A stretch of DNA of 64,000 nucleotides from an uncultured Planctomycetia bacterium (GTDB lineage Bacteria > Omnitrophota > Gorgyraeia > Tantalellales > Tantalellaceae): NCBI GenBank assembly GCA_964527555.1, contig CAZGOG010000005.1, positions 5,863 to 69,862 on the forward strand, in the 5' to 3' direction. Made by a program: the position numbers and the translations under genes. The notes under the pieces were generated by a model. The model was not told the origin of the DNA. It was given only the letters and a program-made list of their open reading frames with translations, and did no database searches. Of this stretch, positions 28,831 through 37,485 are shown in pieces; positions within the stretch are counted from its first letter, which is position 1; every line of letters starts with the position of its first letter.

Positions 28831-28859
28831 TTGACAGAATAAAAAGTTTAATGTAGAAT
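28831..28859 (+). promoter_or_regulatory. Sigma70 promoter for paralog 2
   Basis: TTGACA-17-TAGAAT. Confidence 0.75.
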
Positions 28860-28913
28860 CAGACTTAATCGTAAAATATTTAAAAGGAAGAATGTATATC
28901 AGACGGAGGAAAT

Positions 28914-29285
28914 ATGAAATACCGAACAGTGATAGAACTAATATGTGAAGCATCGGACAGAGAAGAAGCGACTAACATCTCCGGTGAGTATCTAAGGGGA
29001 AACATTGACTTTGGTGTCGAGATGAGATGCCAGGCTGTGACTCTCCGGGCTCACAGGATGAAAAAGTATACGGCTTCCTGTGCCATTTTGCTCTTGGCTT
29101 TTTCCGCGCTTTTTCTGAAGATCCAGTCTGCTACTAGCGATGCGAAGATCCCTGCTTTGGCATCTGGCGATTATCAGGGTACATATACGGTGGTGCCCGC
29201 GCTAAAGACAAAGCACAAAGCGGACTTCAAAGAAGAGTGGGACGAGAAGAAAGACGAGACGGTGCTGAAATTTCTGAAAGATTAA
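28914..29285 (+). CDS. 123-aa single-pass membrane protein of unknown family, paralog 2
   Basis: GGAGG RBS; paralog of 28351..28722. Confidence 0.85.
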   Translation: MKYRTVIELICEASDREEATNISGEYLRGNIDFGVEMRCQAVTLRAHRMKKYTASCAILLLAFSALFLKIQSATSDAKIPALASGDYQGTYTVVPALKTKHKADFKEEWDEKKDETVLKFLKD

Positions 29286-29309
29286 AATCACAAAGATAAG
29301 AAGAATATG

Positions 29310-29342
29310 AACGGGAGGAGAGAAGATCTCCTTCCGTTTTTT
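29310..29342 (+). terminator. Intrinsic terminator
   Basis: AACGGGAGGAGA / TCTCCTTCCGTT stem plus T tract. Confidence 0.8.
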
Positions 29343-29474
29343 ATTTCCGCCTTAAAGATTCGCAATTTTCAATGCAATAATACAAGGTTTTATTTGGAAT
29401 TTCTTATTTAGTTATGTATACTCGTATTAAATATAATTTAATAAGGAAAACTATAACGAATGGAGAGACGTGAT

Positions 29475-29900
29475 ATGAAGGCGGAGAAAAATATCACCTC
29501 GCATAAGATTCTTGTCGTCGACGATCAGGTAGGCATCGTATCTTTTCTTTATGATTTTTTTACACATAAGGGGTATGATGTCATACAGGCTACTAACGGC
29601 AAAGAAGCGATAAACCTTGTTAAAGAAGAGTCTCCCGAGATCGTTCTTCTGGATATAAAGCTGGGATGGGGAAAAGACGGGATCGAAGTCCTTAAGGAGA
29701 TTAAGCAAGACGCCCCTAAAGTAAGAGTTTTGATGATGACGAGCGTCGATGAAGAAGACGTTATCAACGAGGCATTTGAGCTCGGGGCGGATGATTATAT
29801 AATAAAACCCTTTAGTCTAAGCTATCTTGAGAAGGTCGTGATGCTCAAGATATTGAATCTGGAAATAAAACGTCTAGGGGAAAAGGACGATGAAAACTAG
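29475..29900 (+). CDS. Single-domain response regulator
   Basis: KILVVDD, VLLDIKL, DGIEVL, MT, YIIKPF. Confidence 0.92.
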   Translation: MKAEKNITSHKILVVDDQVGIVSFLYDFFTHKGYDVIQATNGKEAINLVKEESPEIVLLDIKLGWGKDGIEVLKEIKQDAPKVRVLMMTSVDEEDVINEAFELGADDYIIKPFSLSYLEKVVMLKILNLEIKRLGEKDDEN

Positions 29901-30399
29901 ACGCAAGAGTGTATTTAAAGGGCGTCTTTTCAATATCTTTAAAGGCGAAAAAATCCTGCCAGGCGGCAGGAAAGCATATTTCGAAGAAGTCGATCATCCG
30001 GGAGCGGCTCTCGTAATCCCTTTTATAAAAGGTAAGGTTGTTTTCATACGCCAGTACAGGGGCGTTATAGGCAAATACATCTGGGAGTTACCCGCCGGCA
30101 CGCTCGAGGCGGGGGAGACGTCCTATGCCTGCGCGAAGAGGGAAGTTTTGGAAGAGACCGGATACAGTGTAGCGAATCTCAAAAGAATAGGGCTTATATA
30201 TACGACGCCCGGTTTTTGTAACGAGAGGATACATATCTTCAAGGCTGAATGCAAAGAAAGACAAATCCCTAAAAAAGAGCATGATGAGATGATAAGGGTT
30301 GAGAGATTCACCCGGAACCGGATTCTTAAGCTTTTTAGAGCTGGCAAGATTATAGATTCAAAAACTATTGCCGCTCTTGCTTTTAGCGGTATTTTATGA
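29890..30399 (+). CDS. NUDIX hydrolase (ADP-ribose pyrophosphatase-like)
   Basis: RQYR, ELPAG...AKREVLEETG Nudix box, TPGFCNE. Confidence 0.9.
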   Translation: MKTRRKSVFKGRLFNIFKGEKILPGGRKAYFEEVDHPGAALVIPFIKGKVVFIRQYRGVIGKYIWELPAGTLEAGETSYACAKREVLEETGYSVANLKRIGLIYTTPGFCNERIHIFKAECKERQIPKKEHDEMIRVERFTRNRILKLFRAGKIIDSKTIAALAFSGIL

Positions 30400-30433
30400 T
30401 AAATTTAATTTGTTTTTAGTAGGGTTTCAATGC

Positions 30434-30462
30434 TTGACAATTTGCTTTATATGGGATATACT
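30434..30462 (+). promoter_or_regulatory. Sigma70 promoter
   Basis: TTGACA-17-TATACT. Confidence 0.7.
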
Positions 30463-30493
30463 TCTGGCTAACAAAGTCAAAAGGGGGGTGAAG

Positions 30494-30820
30494 ATGAAAA
30501 AGCTTTTAACACTTTTGGTTGTATTTGCAATTATTTTTAATGTAAGTGCATTTGCATCCACAAACAAACCATTAAAAAATCTTGGCGGTGGTTTAGACGA
30601 TATGGCGTACGGGGATCTTGAGATTCCTGATAACGCGAATGAGACCCAGACCAAGGGCACGCCGGCTTACCCGGATTGCACTACAAAGACAAACGATGGT
30701 ACGGGCAGGGGTATCGCTCGATTTGTCGGTGGTCTTTGGAAAGTGGCTACCTTCTGGTACCCGGAAAGCACCAGCACTACTAGCTCCACTGCTAGCAAAA
30801 CGACTAAAAAGAGCAGATAA
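30494..30820 (+). CDS. Small secreted protein resembling the TIGR04073 (exosortase-system-associated) family
   Basis: Signal peptide; KNLGGGL...LEIP...GIARFVGG...VATFWYP; Ser/Thr-rich basic tail; family assignment from memory of motif pattern. Confidence 0.65.
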   Translation: MKKLLTLLVVFAIIFNVSAFASTNKPLKNLGGGLDDMAYGDLEIPDNANETQTKGTPAYPDCTTKTNDGTGRGIARFVGGLWKVATFWYPESTSTTSSTASKTTKKSR

Positions 30821-30842
30821 AACATAAATTTATATCAATAAC

Positions 30843-30878
30843 AAAAAGCCCGTCTTATCCGGTAAGGCGGGCTTTTTT
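30843..30878. terminator. Bidirectional intrinsic terminator between convergent genes
   Basis: AAAAAGCCCGTCTTA / TAAGGCGGGCTTTTT. Confidence 0.85.
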
Positions 30879-30902
30879 CATCTAGGTCTTGCAAAAACTT
30901 CC

Positions 30903-31448
30903 TCAATATTTATTAAACGACACAGTTTCTTTTTTGTCCTTTAATGCTTTTTCATGAAGTTGCGCATCTTTCGGGTAACCGAGGGCTATAACCAGTTCAA
31001 TCTTTTTTAAGGGATGGACGGAAAGTATTTTTTTAAATTTTTTTTCATTAAACCAGCCGAGTACGCATGTTCCGATGCCGAGCTCCTGTGCCTGCAAGAC
31101 GATATGCGCACATGCTATTCCTATGTCTATATGCCTAAAATCCGTGCTTCTGAATTTTCCGGCCAACCAGGCGGGAAATTTTGTTCTTTCAGAAACCACT
31201 GCCACAAAAGCAGCGGCTTCCTTAGCGAATGAATTCATGTTATAAAAGCCGGAAAATACATGTTTTGACATTGCTGTCTTTGTATTTGCGTCATCCACGG
31301 CTATGAATTTCCAGGGCTGTGCGTTACAGGTCGATGGCGCGTAGCGCGCAGCCTCAACACATAGTTCCAGGTCTTCTCGCGCAATAGGACGCGCCTCATA
31401 TGCACGGATGCTTCTTCTTTGTTTTATCAGATCGAGAAAGGTCTGCAT
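30903..31448 (-). CDS. Nitroreductase family protein
   Basis: RRSIR, APS..NAQPW, DIGIA, GIGTC..G, ALGYP. Confidence 0.92.
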   Translation of the reverse strand: MQTFLDLIKQRRSIRAYEARPIAREDLELCVEAARYAPSTCNAQPWKFIAVDDANTKTAMSKHVFSGFYNMNSFAKEAAAFVAVVSERTKFPAWLAGKFRSTDFRHIDIGIACAHIVLQAQELGIGTCVLGWFNEKKFKKILSVHPLKKIELVIALGYPKDAQLHEKALKDKKETVSFNKY

Positions 31449-31521
31449 TTTTCCTCCTTTGTCTTGGAGACAGCGTTAATAGCTGTGGCAGTTTTTCCTG
31501 CTTTTGATTATAATATAAAAT

Positions 31522-32355
31522 ATGAAAAAGTTACAGGTTATTATAATAGGCATCTTTCTTGCGTGTAATCTCCTGGGATGCGCCGGTACTGCCCACATCA
31601 AGAAGATCGAAACCGTCAAAGGTGTGTCAATAGAAAAGGTTGAAGAGTCTCTCAAGGAGAGGCCGCGTTTCCAGTCGGGCAAACGATTTATATATTTAAT
31701 AGCATGGAACAGGATTCCGGTGGGAAGGATAATTGCCGAGGCGAGTGATATAAGAACTTACCGGGACCGCGAAGCGTATGTCGTAAAGGTCGTTACCGAG
31801 TCAAATAGATTTCTTTCGAAGATATACAGGGTGGAGGACACGTACACCTCTTATATAGATGCGGAGACAATGACCAGTCTCCATTATGAAGCCGACCGCA
31901 AGGAGGGTAATTATCGCAAGCATCTCGTTGTAGAATATGATTTTGAAAAGATGGAAGCGATATACACAAATCTTACGGACGGCTCTGTAAAAAAATGCGC
32001 AATCGAGAAAAATGTCCAGGATCCGGTTAGCGGGCTGTGTAACTTTATGACGCTGCCGGCAAAACCCGGTGAAGAAGTTACGATGACGGTGAACCTCAAT
32101 ATGAATAATTACGTTCTATCCGGAAAGATTGAGGAGATAGAGGTGATCGCGCTTCCGGAGCTTGGGGCTTTTCCGGCGTTTAAAATAAGACCTTATGTTA
32201 AGCTCAAAGGAGAGAAAGTTGACAAGGGAAAAGCATGGATGTATTTCACTGCGGATGAAAAACGTTTCCCTCTCTACGGGGTGGTTATAATTCCCTTCGG
32301 CAGGGTGACGGCCACATTAAGATCAGTCGAAGAGATAGATTATGAAATCCATTAA
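31522..32355 (+). CDS. DUF3108-like lipoprotein
   Basis: Lipobox LLGC; IYRVED.YTSYID, QDPVS, beta-rich. Confidence 0.72.
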   Translation: MKKLQVIIIGIFLACNLLGCAGTAHIKKIETVKGVSIEKVEESLKERPRFQSGKRFIYLIAWNRIPVGRIIAEASDIRTYRDREAYVVKVVTESNRFLSKIYRVEDTYTSYIDAETMTSLHYEADRKEGNYRKHLVVEYDFEKMEAIYTNLTDGSVKKCAIEKNVQDPVSGLCNFMTLPAKPGEEVTMTVNLNMNNYVLSGKIEEIEVIALPELGAFPAFKIRPYVKLKGEKVDKGKAWMYFTADEKRFPLYGVVIIPFGRVTATLRSVEEIDYEIH

Positions 32356-33118
32356 CAAGACGGAATATTTTATCGCAAAAAAGGTTGGGCGGGCCATCAA
32401 TCAGTACAATATGATTGAACGCGGCGATAAAGTGCTTGTAGCCGTCTCGGGAGGCAAGGACAGCTTGACGCTTCTCAGGGTTCTCCAGACGCGCAAGAAG
32501 TGGCTGCCGATAGATTATACGGTCAAAGCAGTGCATGTTATTACCGATTATGACCAGAAGCCCGCGGTGAACAAAGAAAAGCTTGCAGGGTATTTTGAAA
32601 GTCTTGGTTGTGATTATGTTTTTAAAGAAATAGCGATCGCCGAAAAAAACAAACTCACCCGTCAAGACTGTTTCTGGTGTTCATGGAACAGGCGTAAAGC
32701 GATATTTGAAACAGCAGAAAGTGAAGCATGCAATAAAGTCGCGTTCGGACATCATAAGGACGATATAGTAGAGACGATACTTATGAACATGATCTTCAAC
32801 GGGGAGCTATCCAGTATCAATCCTGTTCAACCCCTTTTTAAGGGAAAGATAGTTATAATAAGGCCACTGGTCTTTCTGGAAGAAAAGGAGATTGACGGGT
32901 ACGTAAAGGATTTATCCATACCATTGGTAAAATCGGCTTGCCCCAGAGAGGCCGGTTCTAAACGAGCGCTTATAAAAGACATCGTCAGGCGCCTGGCAAA
33001 GGAAGGGCAGGACATAAAGAGCAACATTATAAGGGCGCCTCACAGGGTGAAAGAAGAGTATCTGACGGAAACATTGGATGCGAGCGGCGATGATTCTCTG
33101 GAAGTAACGATTTTCTAA
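32342..33118 (+). CDS. ttcA: tRNA 2-thiocytidine biosynthesis TtcA-family protein
   Basis: PP-loop SGGKDS, CFWC, GHHKDDIVET, IIRPL. Confidence 0.85.
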   Translation: MKSINKTEYFIAKKVGRAINQYNMIERGDKVLVAVSGGKDSLTLLRVLQTRKKWLPIDYTVKAVHVITDYDQKPAVNKEKLAGYFESLGCDYVFKEIAIAEKNKLTRQDCFWCSWNRRKAIFETAESEACNKVAFGHHKDDIVETILMNMIFNGELSSINPVQPLFKGKIVIIRPLVFLEEKEIDGYVKDLSIPLVKSACPREAGSKRALIKDIVRRLAKEGQDIKSNIIRAPHRVKEEYLTETLDASGDDSLEVTIF

Positions 33119-33135
33119 CAAGATCATACGGGAAA

Positions 33136-33942
33136 ATGAGAGAGAAGAGATTATTTTTGTTTATCATGATGCTGATCTTTTTGCCTTTTCTTACGGCTAG
33201 CGTTATGACAGTCAACCCTGCCACCGATGAGCAGGAACTCATCTTTATACCGGCTGCTAAAGAAAGGAGCATGGGAAAAAAAATAAACGAAAAGGTCTGC
33301 GAACATTTTGACCTTCCGGTAGACCCCCTTATGCAGAAACGCATAGAAGAAATAGGCCAGAGGCTCGCCCGCGGAGCGGACAGGACTGAGGTGGTCTACC
33401 GTTTTAAAGTGCTCGATTATGAAAAAGATGATTTTTACAACGCGTTTGCCGCACCCGGAGGGTATATTTATATCTTTACGGATCTTGTGGATGCTTTAAA
33501 GCGAGACGATGAAATTGCCGCGGTTCTTGCGCATGAAATGGCTCATGTGGAGGCCAAACATTCCATTAAAAGGCTTCAGGGTGATATCGGGGCGACTATA
33601 CTTATGATACTCGGTTCACAGATGGGAGGCGATCGGCGTTCGCATGCCGAGGCCAACATGGCGATTAATCAGCTCATGGCCGCGTATTCGCGCCACGATG
33701 AGACTCAGGCTGATGAGCTTTCTGTAAAGTATTTAAAACGGGCTGACTTTGACCCGGAAGGCGCCGTCAATGCTCTTAAGACTTTAAAAAAACTGCGCAA
33801 GAAAGGGCCCAGGATGAAATATTCGTTTTACAAGAGTCACCCGTATCTCTCTGAACGCATTGCTGATCTTAAGAATTTCATTAAAGGGCATGCGGATTTC
33901 GATTCATATATAAATTTGGTCACAGATAATGATGAATTGTGA
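33136..33942 (+). CDS. M48 family periplasmic metallopeptidase (BepA/YfgC-like catalytic domain)
   Basis: NAFAAPGG, HEMAH, YSR.DE.QAD, SHP. Confidence 0.9.
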   Translation: MREKRLFLFIMMLIFLPFLTASVMTVNPATDEQELIFIPAAKERSMGKKINEKVCEHFDLPVDPLMQKRIEEIGQRLARGADRTEVVYRFKVLDYEKDDFYNAFAAPGGYIYIFTDLVDALKRDDEIAAVLAHEMAHVEAKHSIKRLQGDIGATILMILGSQMGGDRRSHAEANMAINQLMAAYSRHDETQADELSVKYLKRADFDPEGAVNALKTLKKLRKKGPRMKYSFYKSHPYLSERIADLKNFIKGHADFDSYINLVTDNDEL

Positions 33943-33987
33943 TATCATAATAGAAATATAAATATGTGAAAAGGGGAGGCTGCGGCG

Positions 33988-34476
33988 ATGAAAAAAATAG
34001 CGGTAATCTATTATTCAAGGTCGGGTAATACCGAAGCTATGGCTCATCTCGTTGCAGAAGGCGCGCGGGAGGAATCCGGCGTCCAGGTCGACGTGAAACG
34101 CGTCGAGGATTTCCCGGCTGAAAAGGCTTTGGAATATGACGGCCTGATTATAGGCTCTCCCACTTACTACGGCTCAATGGCGTACCAGGTAAAGAAATTT
34201 TTCGATGATTCTGTGACTTTTCATGGGAAACTTTCAGGGAGGGTCGGCGGTGCTTTTTCTTCGGCCGCTAATATCGGCGGCGGGAACGAAACGACCATAA
34301 CCGGTATTTTAAATGCGATGATGATCCACGGCATGATAGTCCAGGGTATTGAAACAGGAGACCATTTCGGGCCCGTTTCAATCGGCAGCCCCGACAAGAG
34401 GGTTACAAAACAGTGTCATGCTTACGGCAAGAGGATAGCCGCTTTAGTGAAAAAAGCGGCTATAAGCCGCTTATAA
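33988..34476 (+). CDS. Flavodoxin-fold NAD(P)H:quinone oxidoreductase (WrbA-like)
   Basis: YYSRSGNT, GSPTYYG, GGGNETT. Confidence 0.88.
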   Translation: MKKIAVIYYSRSGNTEAMAHLVAEGAREESGVQVDVKRVEDFPAEKALEYDGLIIGSPTYYGSMAYQVKKFFDDSVTFHGKLSGRVGGAFSSAANIGGGNETTITGILNAMMIHGMIVQGIETGDHFGPVSIGSPDKRVTKQCHAYGKRIAALVKKAAISRL

Positions 34477-34490
34477 GGTTTTTTTACAGG

Positions 34491-34651
34491 TTATGGTTCG
34501 ACTCACTTCGTTCGCTCACCATGAATCTGCGAGGAAAGATATTTTGAACTTAGAACGAAGGAACACCAGGGTGTGAAGGCGTGGACGCGGAAGTTGTGAC
34601 GCCAACAGGCGAAAAAGATGAAAGGGCGGACGTAAGTCCGTGGAGATTCAT
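34491..34651 (+). repeat. Composite structured repeat, family 2 copy E
   Basis: First 78 nt match 48576-48653 at all but 3 positions; 3' half has IS200/IS605-like hairpins and ends AGATTCAT just before the RBS. Confidence 0.8.
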
Positions 34652-34666
34652 GAAAGGAGCACGGTC

Positions 34667-35989
34667 TTGAAAAAAATATTTGTACTGGACACTAACGTTA
34701 TATTGCACAACCCGAATTCACTTGTTTCGTTTGCTGATAATATTGTAGTTTTGCCCATAGAGGTGCTGGAGGAGCTGGATAATTTCAAAAAAAATCACGA
34801 TGAAAAAGGGCGCAACGCGAGAATAGCTATACGTCTTTTGGATAAGTTACGTAAGAAGGGGGAGCCCGGCAAGGGCTTTCCACTTGATAACGGCGGTCTT
34901 TTGAGGATTATAACAGGTATAGATTATGACAAGACCGTCGAGGTGAGGCTTTCCAGGGGGATAGTTGACAACAGGATATTACTTACCGCCTATATGCTCA
35001 AAAAAGAGGGGGAACGCGTGATATTCGTATCTAAGGATATTAACGCGAGGATCAAGGCTGACGCCATCGGGATTCCCAGTGTTGATTTTGAAAAACAGAA
35101 AGTCGATTTTGAGAGACTGTACACAGGGTGGCACCCCCTTAATGTGAAAAGAAGCGAAATAGACTCTTTTTACAAGAAAAAAGAGTATAAAGTCCCCGCA
35201 GGCGAATTCTTCCCGAACGAATTCGGGCTGCTGACAGATGCGGAAGACCCGAAACACACGGCGATAGGCAGGTACAAGGAAGATTTCGGGATACTTATGC
35301 CGCTCATCTTCAACAAGATGTTTGTGATGTCGCTGAGGCCCCGGAACAAAGAGCAGGTCATGGCGCTGGAACTCTTGCTCAATGATGATATAAATCTGGT
35401 AACCCTTGTCGGCCCGGCAGGTACAGGTAAGACGCTTTTGGCCATGGCGGCGGGACTTCAGAAAGTTATAAAAGATAAATCGTATGAAGGGCTTCTCATC
35501 GCGCGCCCCGTTATGCCGCTAGGCAACGATATCGGGTTTCTTCCGGGAACGAAGGAGGAAAAACTGGAGAGCTGGATGGGGCCTATATTTGACAATCTTG
35601 AGTATATTTTGAATGCGGAGAGGAAAGACAAAAACGTTAAGGTTAAGCCGAAAATTCAGATTGAAAAATATATTAAAGAAGAGATAATAGAACTTGAGGC
35701 TATGACATTTATGAGGGGCAGGAGCATCCCTGATCGTTTTATCATTATAGACGAGGCTCAGAACATGACCCCTCATGAAGTAAAGACCGTAATCAGCCGT
35801 GCGGGTAATCACACAAAAATGGTTCTTACGGGAGACCCGTACCAGATAGATAACCCTTATCTCGACGCCTCCAGTAACGGCCTGGCGTATTGTGTGGAAA
35901 GGATGAAAGGGCAACAGATGTTCGGCCACATGATACTAACGAAAAGCGAAAGAAGTTCTTTGGCTTCGCTTGCGGCGGAACGGTTATAA
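34667..35989 (+). CDS. PIN-PhoH fusion protein (PhoH2/YlaK-like RNase/ATPase)
   Basis: FVLDTNV..EELD..DNRIL..SKDIN PIN domain; GPAGTGKT, RGRSI, DEAQN; TTG start after AAGGAG. Confidence 0.92.
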   Translation: MKKIFVLDTNVILHNPNSLVSFADNIVVLPIEVLEELDNFKKNHDEKGRNARIAIRLLDKLRKKGEPGKGFPLDNGGLLRIITGIDYDKTVEVRLSRGIVDNRILLTAYMLKKEGERVIFVSKDINARIKADAIGIPSVDFEKQKVDFERLYTGWHPLNVKRSEIDSFYKKKEYKVPAGEFFPNEFGLLTDAEDPKHTAIGRYKEDFGILMPLIFNKMFVMSLRPRNKEQVMALELLLNDDINLVTLVGPAGTGKTLLAMAAGLQKVIKDKSYEGLLIARPVMPLGNDIGFLPGTKEEKLESWMGPIFDNLEYILNAERKDKNVKVKPKIQIEKYIKEEIIELEAMTFMRGRSIPDRFIIIDEAQNMTPHEVKTVISRAGNHTKMVLTGDPYQIDNPYLDASSNGLAYCVERMKGQQMFGHMILTKSERSSLASLAAERL

Positions 35990-36030
35990 TAATAAGATCG
36001 GAAAAGACGGATTAAACAAAGGAGAAAAGG

Positions 36031-36732
36031 ATGAAAAGACTCACTTGGAGGAAATGGAGAGCGATAGTTCCCGTGTTTTTGTGTATTGCTTTAGTAAGCG
36101 GGAACTGTTTTGCAAAAAGCGATATTGAAAAATTAGACACAAGGATAAGAGAAGCGAGGCTGGTCATCGGGGAGATGCACGAGATGCCGGACACGTCAAT
36201 CCCGAAAGACCTCTTAAAGCAATGCTCGGGAGTCGCCATATTTCCCTCAACAATAAAAGGAGGTTTTGTTTTCGGGGGACAGTACGGGCAGGGAGTACTT
36301 TTAAACAGGGATAAAAAGACAGGCAAGTGGAGTGCGCCGGTTTTTATATCTATTGGCGGCGCAAGTTTTGGTTTCCAGATAGGCGGGCAGGCCACGGATA
36401 TGATACTTGTTATAATGAATGAAAGAGGGATGGACAGCCTCTCCCACGGCAATGTCGCTCTGGGCGGAGATGTATCGGCAGCGGCGGGACCCATTGGCAG
36501 AGACGCGGCACTTGAGACGGACGCTCTTTTGAAGGCGAGCATCTTTACTTATTCCAGAAGCAAGGGTCTTTTTGCGGGTGTTTCACTTAAAGGATCGATC
36601 GTGGGCCCGATGAAGAACCTTAACGAGGAATATTACGGAGAGGGCGTGACCGCCAGCGATATACTTTTTTCAGATAAGATCCAGCCGACCGCAGAGGGCG
36701 AGAAGCTTATCGAAGTTCTGGAACAATATTGA
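36031..36732 (+). CDS. Lipid-binding SYLF (Ysc84-like) domain protein
   Basis: Signal peptide, KGGFVFGG, WSAP, GFQIGGQ, YSRSKGLFAGVSL. Confidence 0.9.
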   Translation: MKRLTWRKWRAIVPVFLCIALVSGNCFAKSDIEKLDTRIREARLVIGEMHEMPDTSIPKDLLKQCSGVAIFPSTIKGGFVFGGQYGQGVLLNRDKKTGKWSAPVFISIGGASFGFQIGGQATDMILVIMNERGMDSLSHGNVALGGDVSAAAGPIGRDAALETDALLKASIFTYSRSKGLFAGVSLKGSIVGPMKNLNEEYYGEGVTASDILFSDKIQPTAEGEKLIEVLEQY

Positions 36733-36794
36733 TTGCATATAAAAAATAAAGAGTTAAAATGATAAAGACTGGCAGTTTGTGATTTAAGGAGACT

Positions 36795-36959
36795 ATGAGG
36801 ATAAATATCCGTTATATAAAGAAAAACGATATTTTTGAGATCCAGGCTGTTGAGAAGAAAGTGCGAGCGCATTTTCTTCTTTCAAGAGCAGAGCTTAATA
36901 ACTTAAGGACGATACTGGAAAAAGTTCTTCTAGAAAGCAAAAGCAAACAAAAAGAGTAG
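36795..36959 (+). CDS. 54-aa small protein (below ORF-track cutoff)
   Basis: TAAGGAG RBS; MRINIRYIKKNDIFEIQAVEKKVRAHFLLSRAELNNLRTILEKVLLESKSKQKE. Confidence 0.65.
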   Translation: MRINIRYIKKNDIFEIQAVEKKVRAHFLLSRAELNNLRTILEKVLLESKSKQKE

Positions 36960-36999
36960 GGTTCTGGCAAAAGCGCCCTAACTGGTATTAAGAGGGTCT

Positions 37000-37461
37000 A
37001 TGCGGTGTTTACACGGGAAAAATAAAGCGGCTGTTTTTATCGCGGGGTTGTTTTTTGCAGGCTGCATTTTAGGCGGAGCCTCCGGCCTGAAAGCAGACGA
37101 GGTCGAGTACGAAAAATTCAAGGGCGGTCTTGGATCGCTTATAGCGTTTGGTAGAACGAGGGCCGAGATGGTCCGTCAGTACAACGCGGAAACTAAAAGT
37201 TACAACAGCATTAAAAAAGCGGTTGACAGCGGACAGCTGAGGGAAGGCGATGCGGCGTCGACGGTTAAAAGAAGGTATGGAGACCCCGTAATTACGCTGA
37301 CCGATGACAGAGATTCTACGACGAAATGGATTTATAAACCTGCTGAAGCTTCATTTTCATCTAACCAGAAGATATATCTTACATTCGATGAGAATGATAA
37401 ACTGGTGGAATGGATTTCATTGCAGCCGGTGGAAGAAAACCTCCCCGCTTCGGGAAATTAA
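37000..37461 (+). CDS. Secreted hypothetical protein with SmpA/BamE-like C-terminal motif
   Basis: Signal peptide; V...YGDP...WIY...IYLTFDENDKL. Confidence 0.65.
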   Translation: MRCLHGKNKAAVFIAGLFFAGCILGGASGLKADEVEYEKFKGGLGSLIAFGRTRAEMVRQYNAETKSYNSIKKAVDSGQLREGDAASTVKRRYGDPVITLTDDRDSTTKWIYKPAEASFSSNQKIYLTFDENDKLVEWISLQPVEENLPASGN

Positions 37462-37485
37462 CAGTATTTTTTCTCCCTTCTTTTT

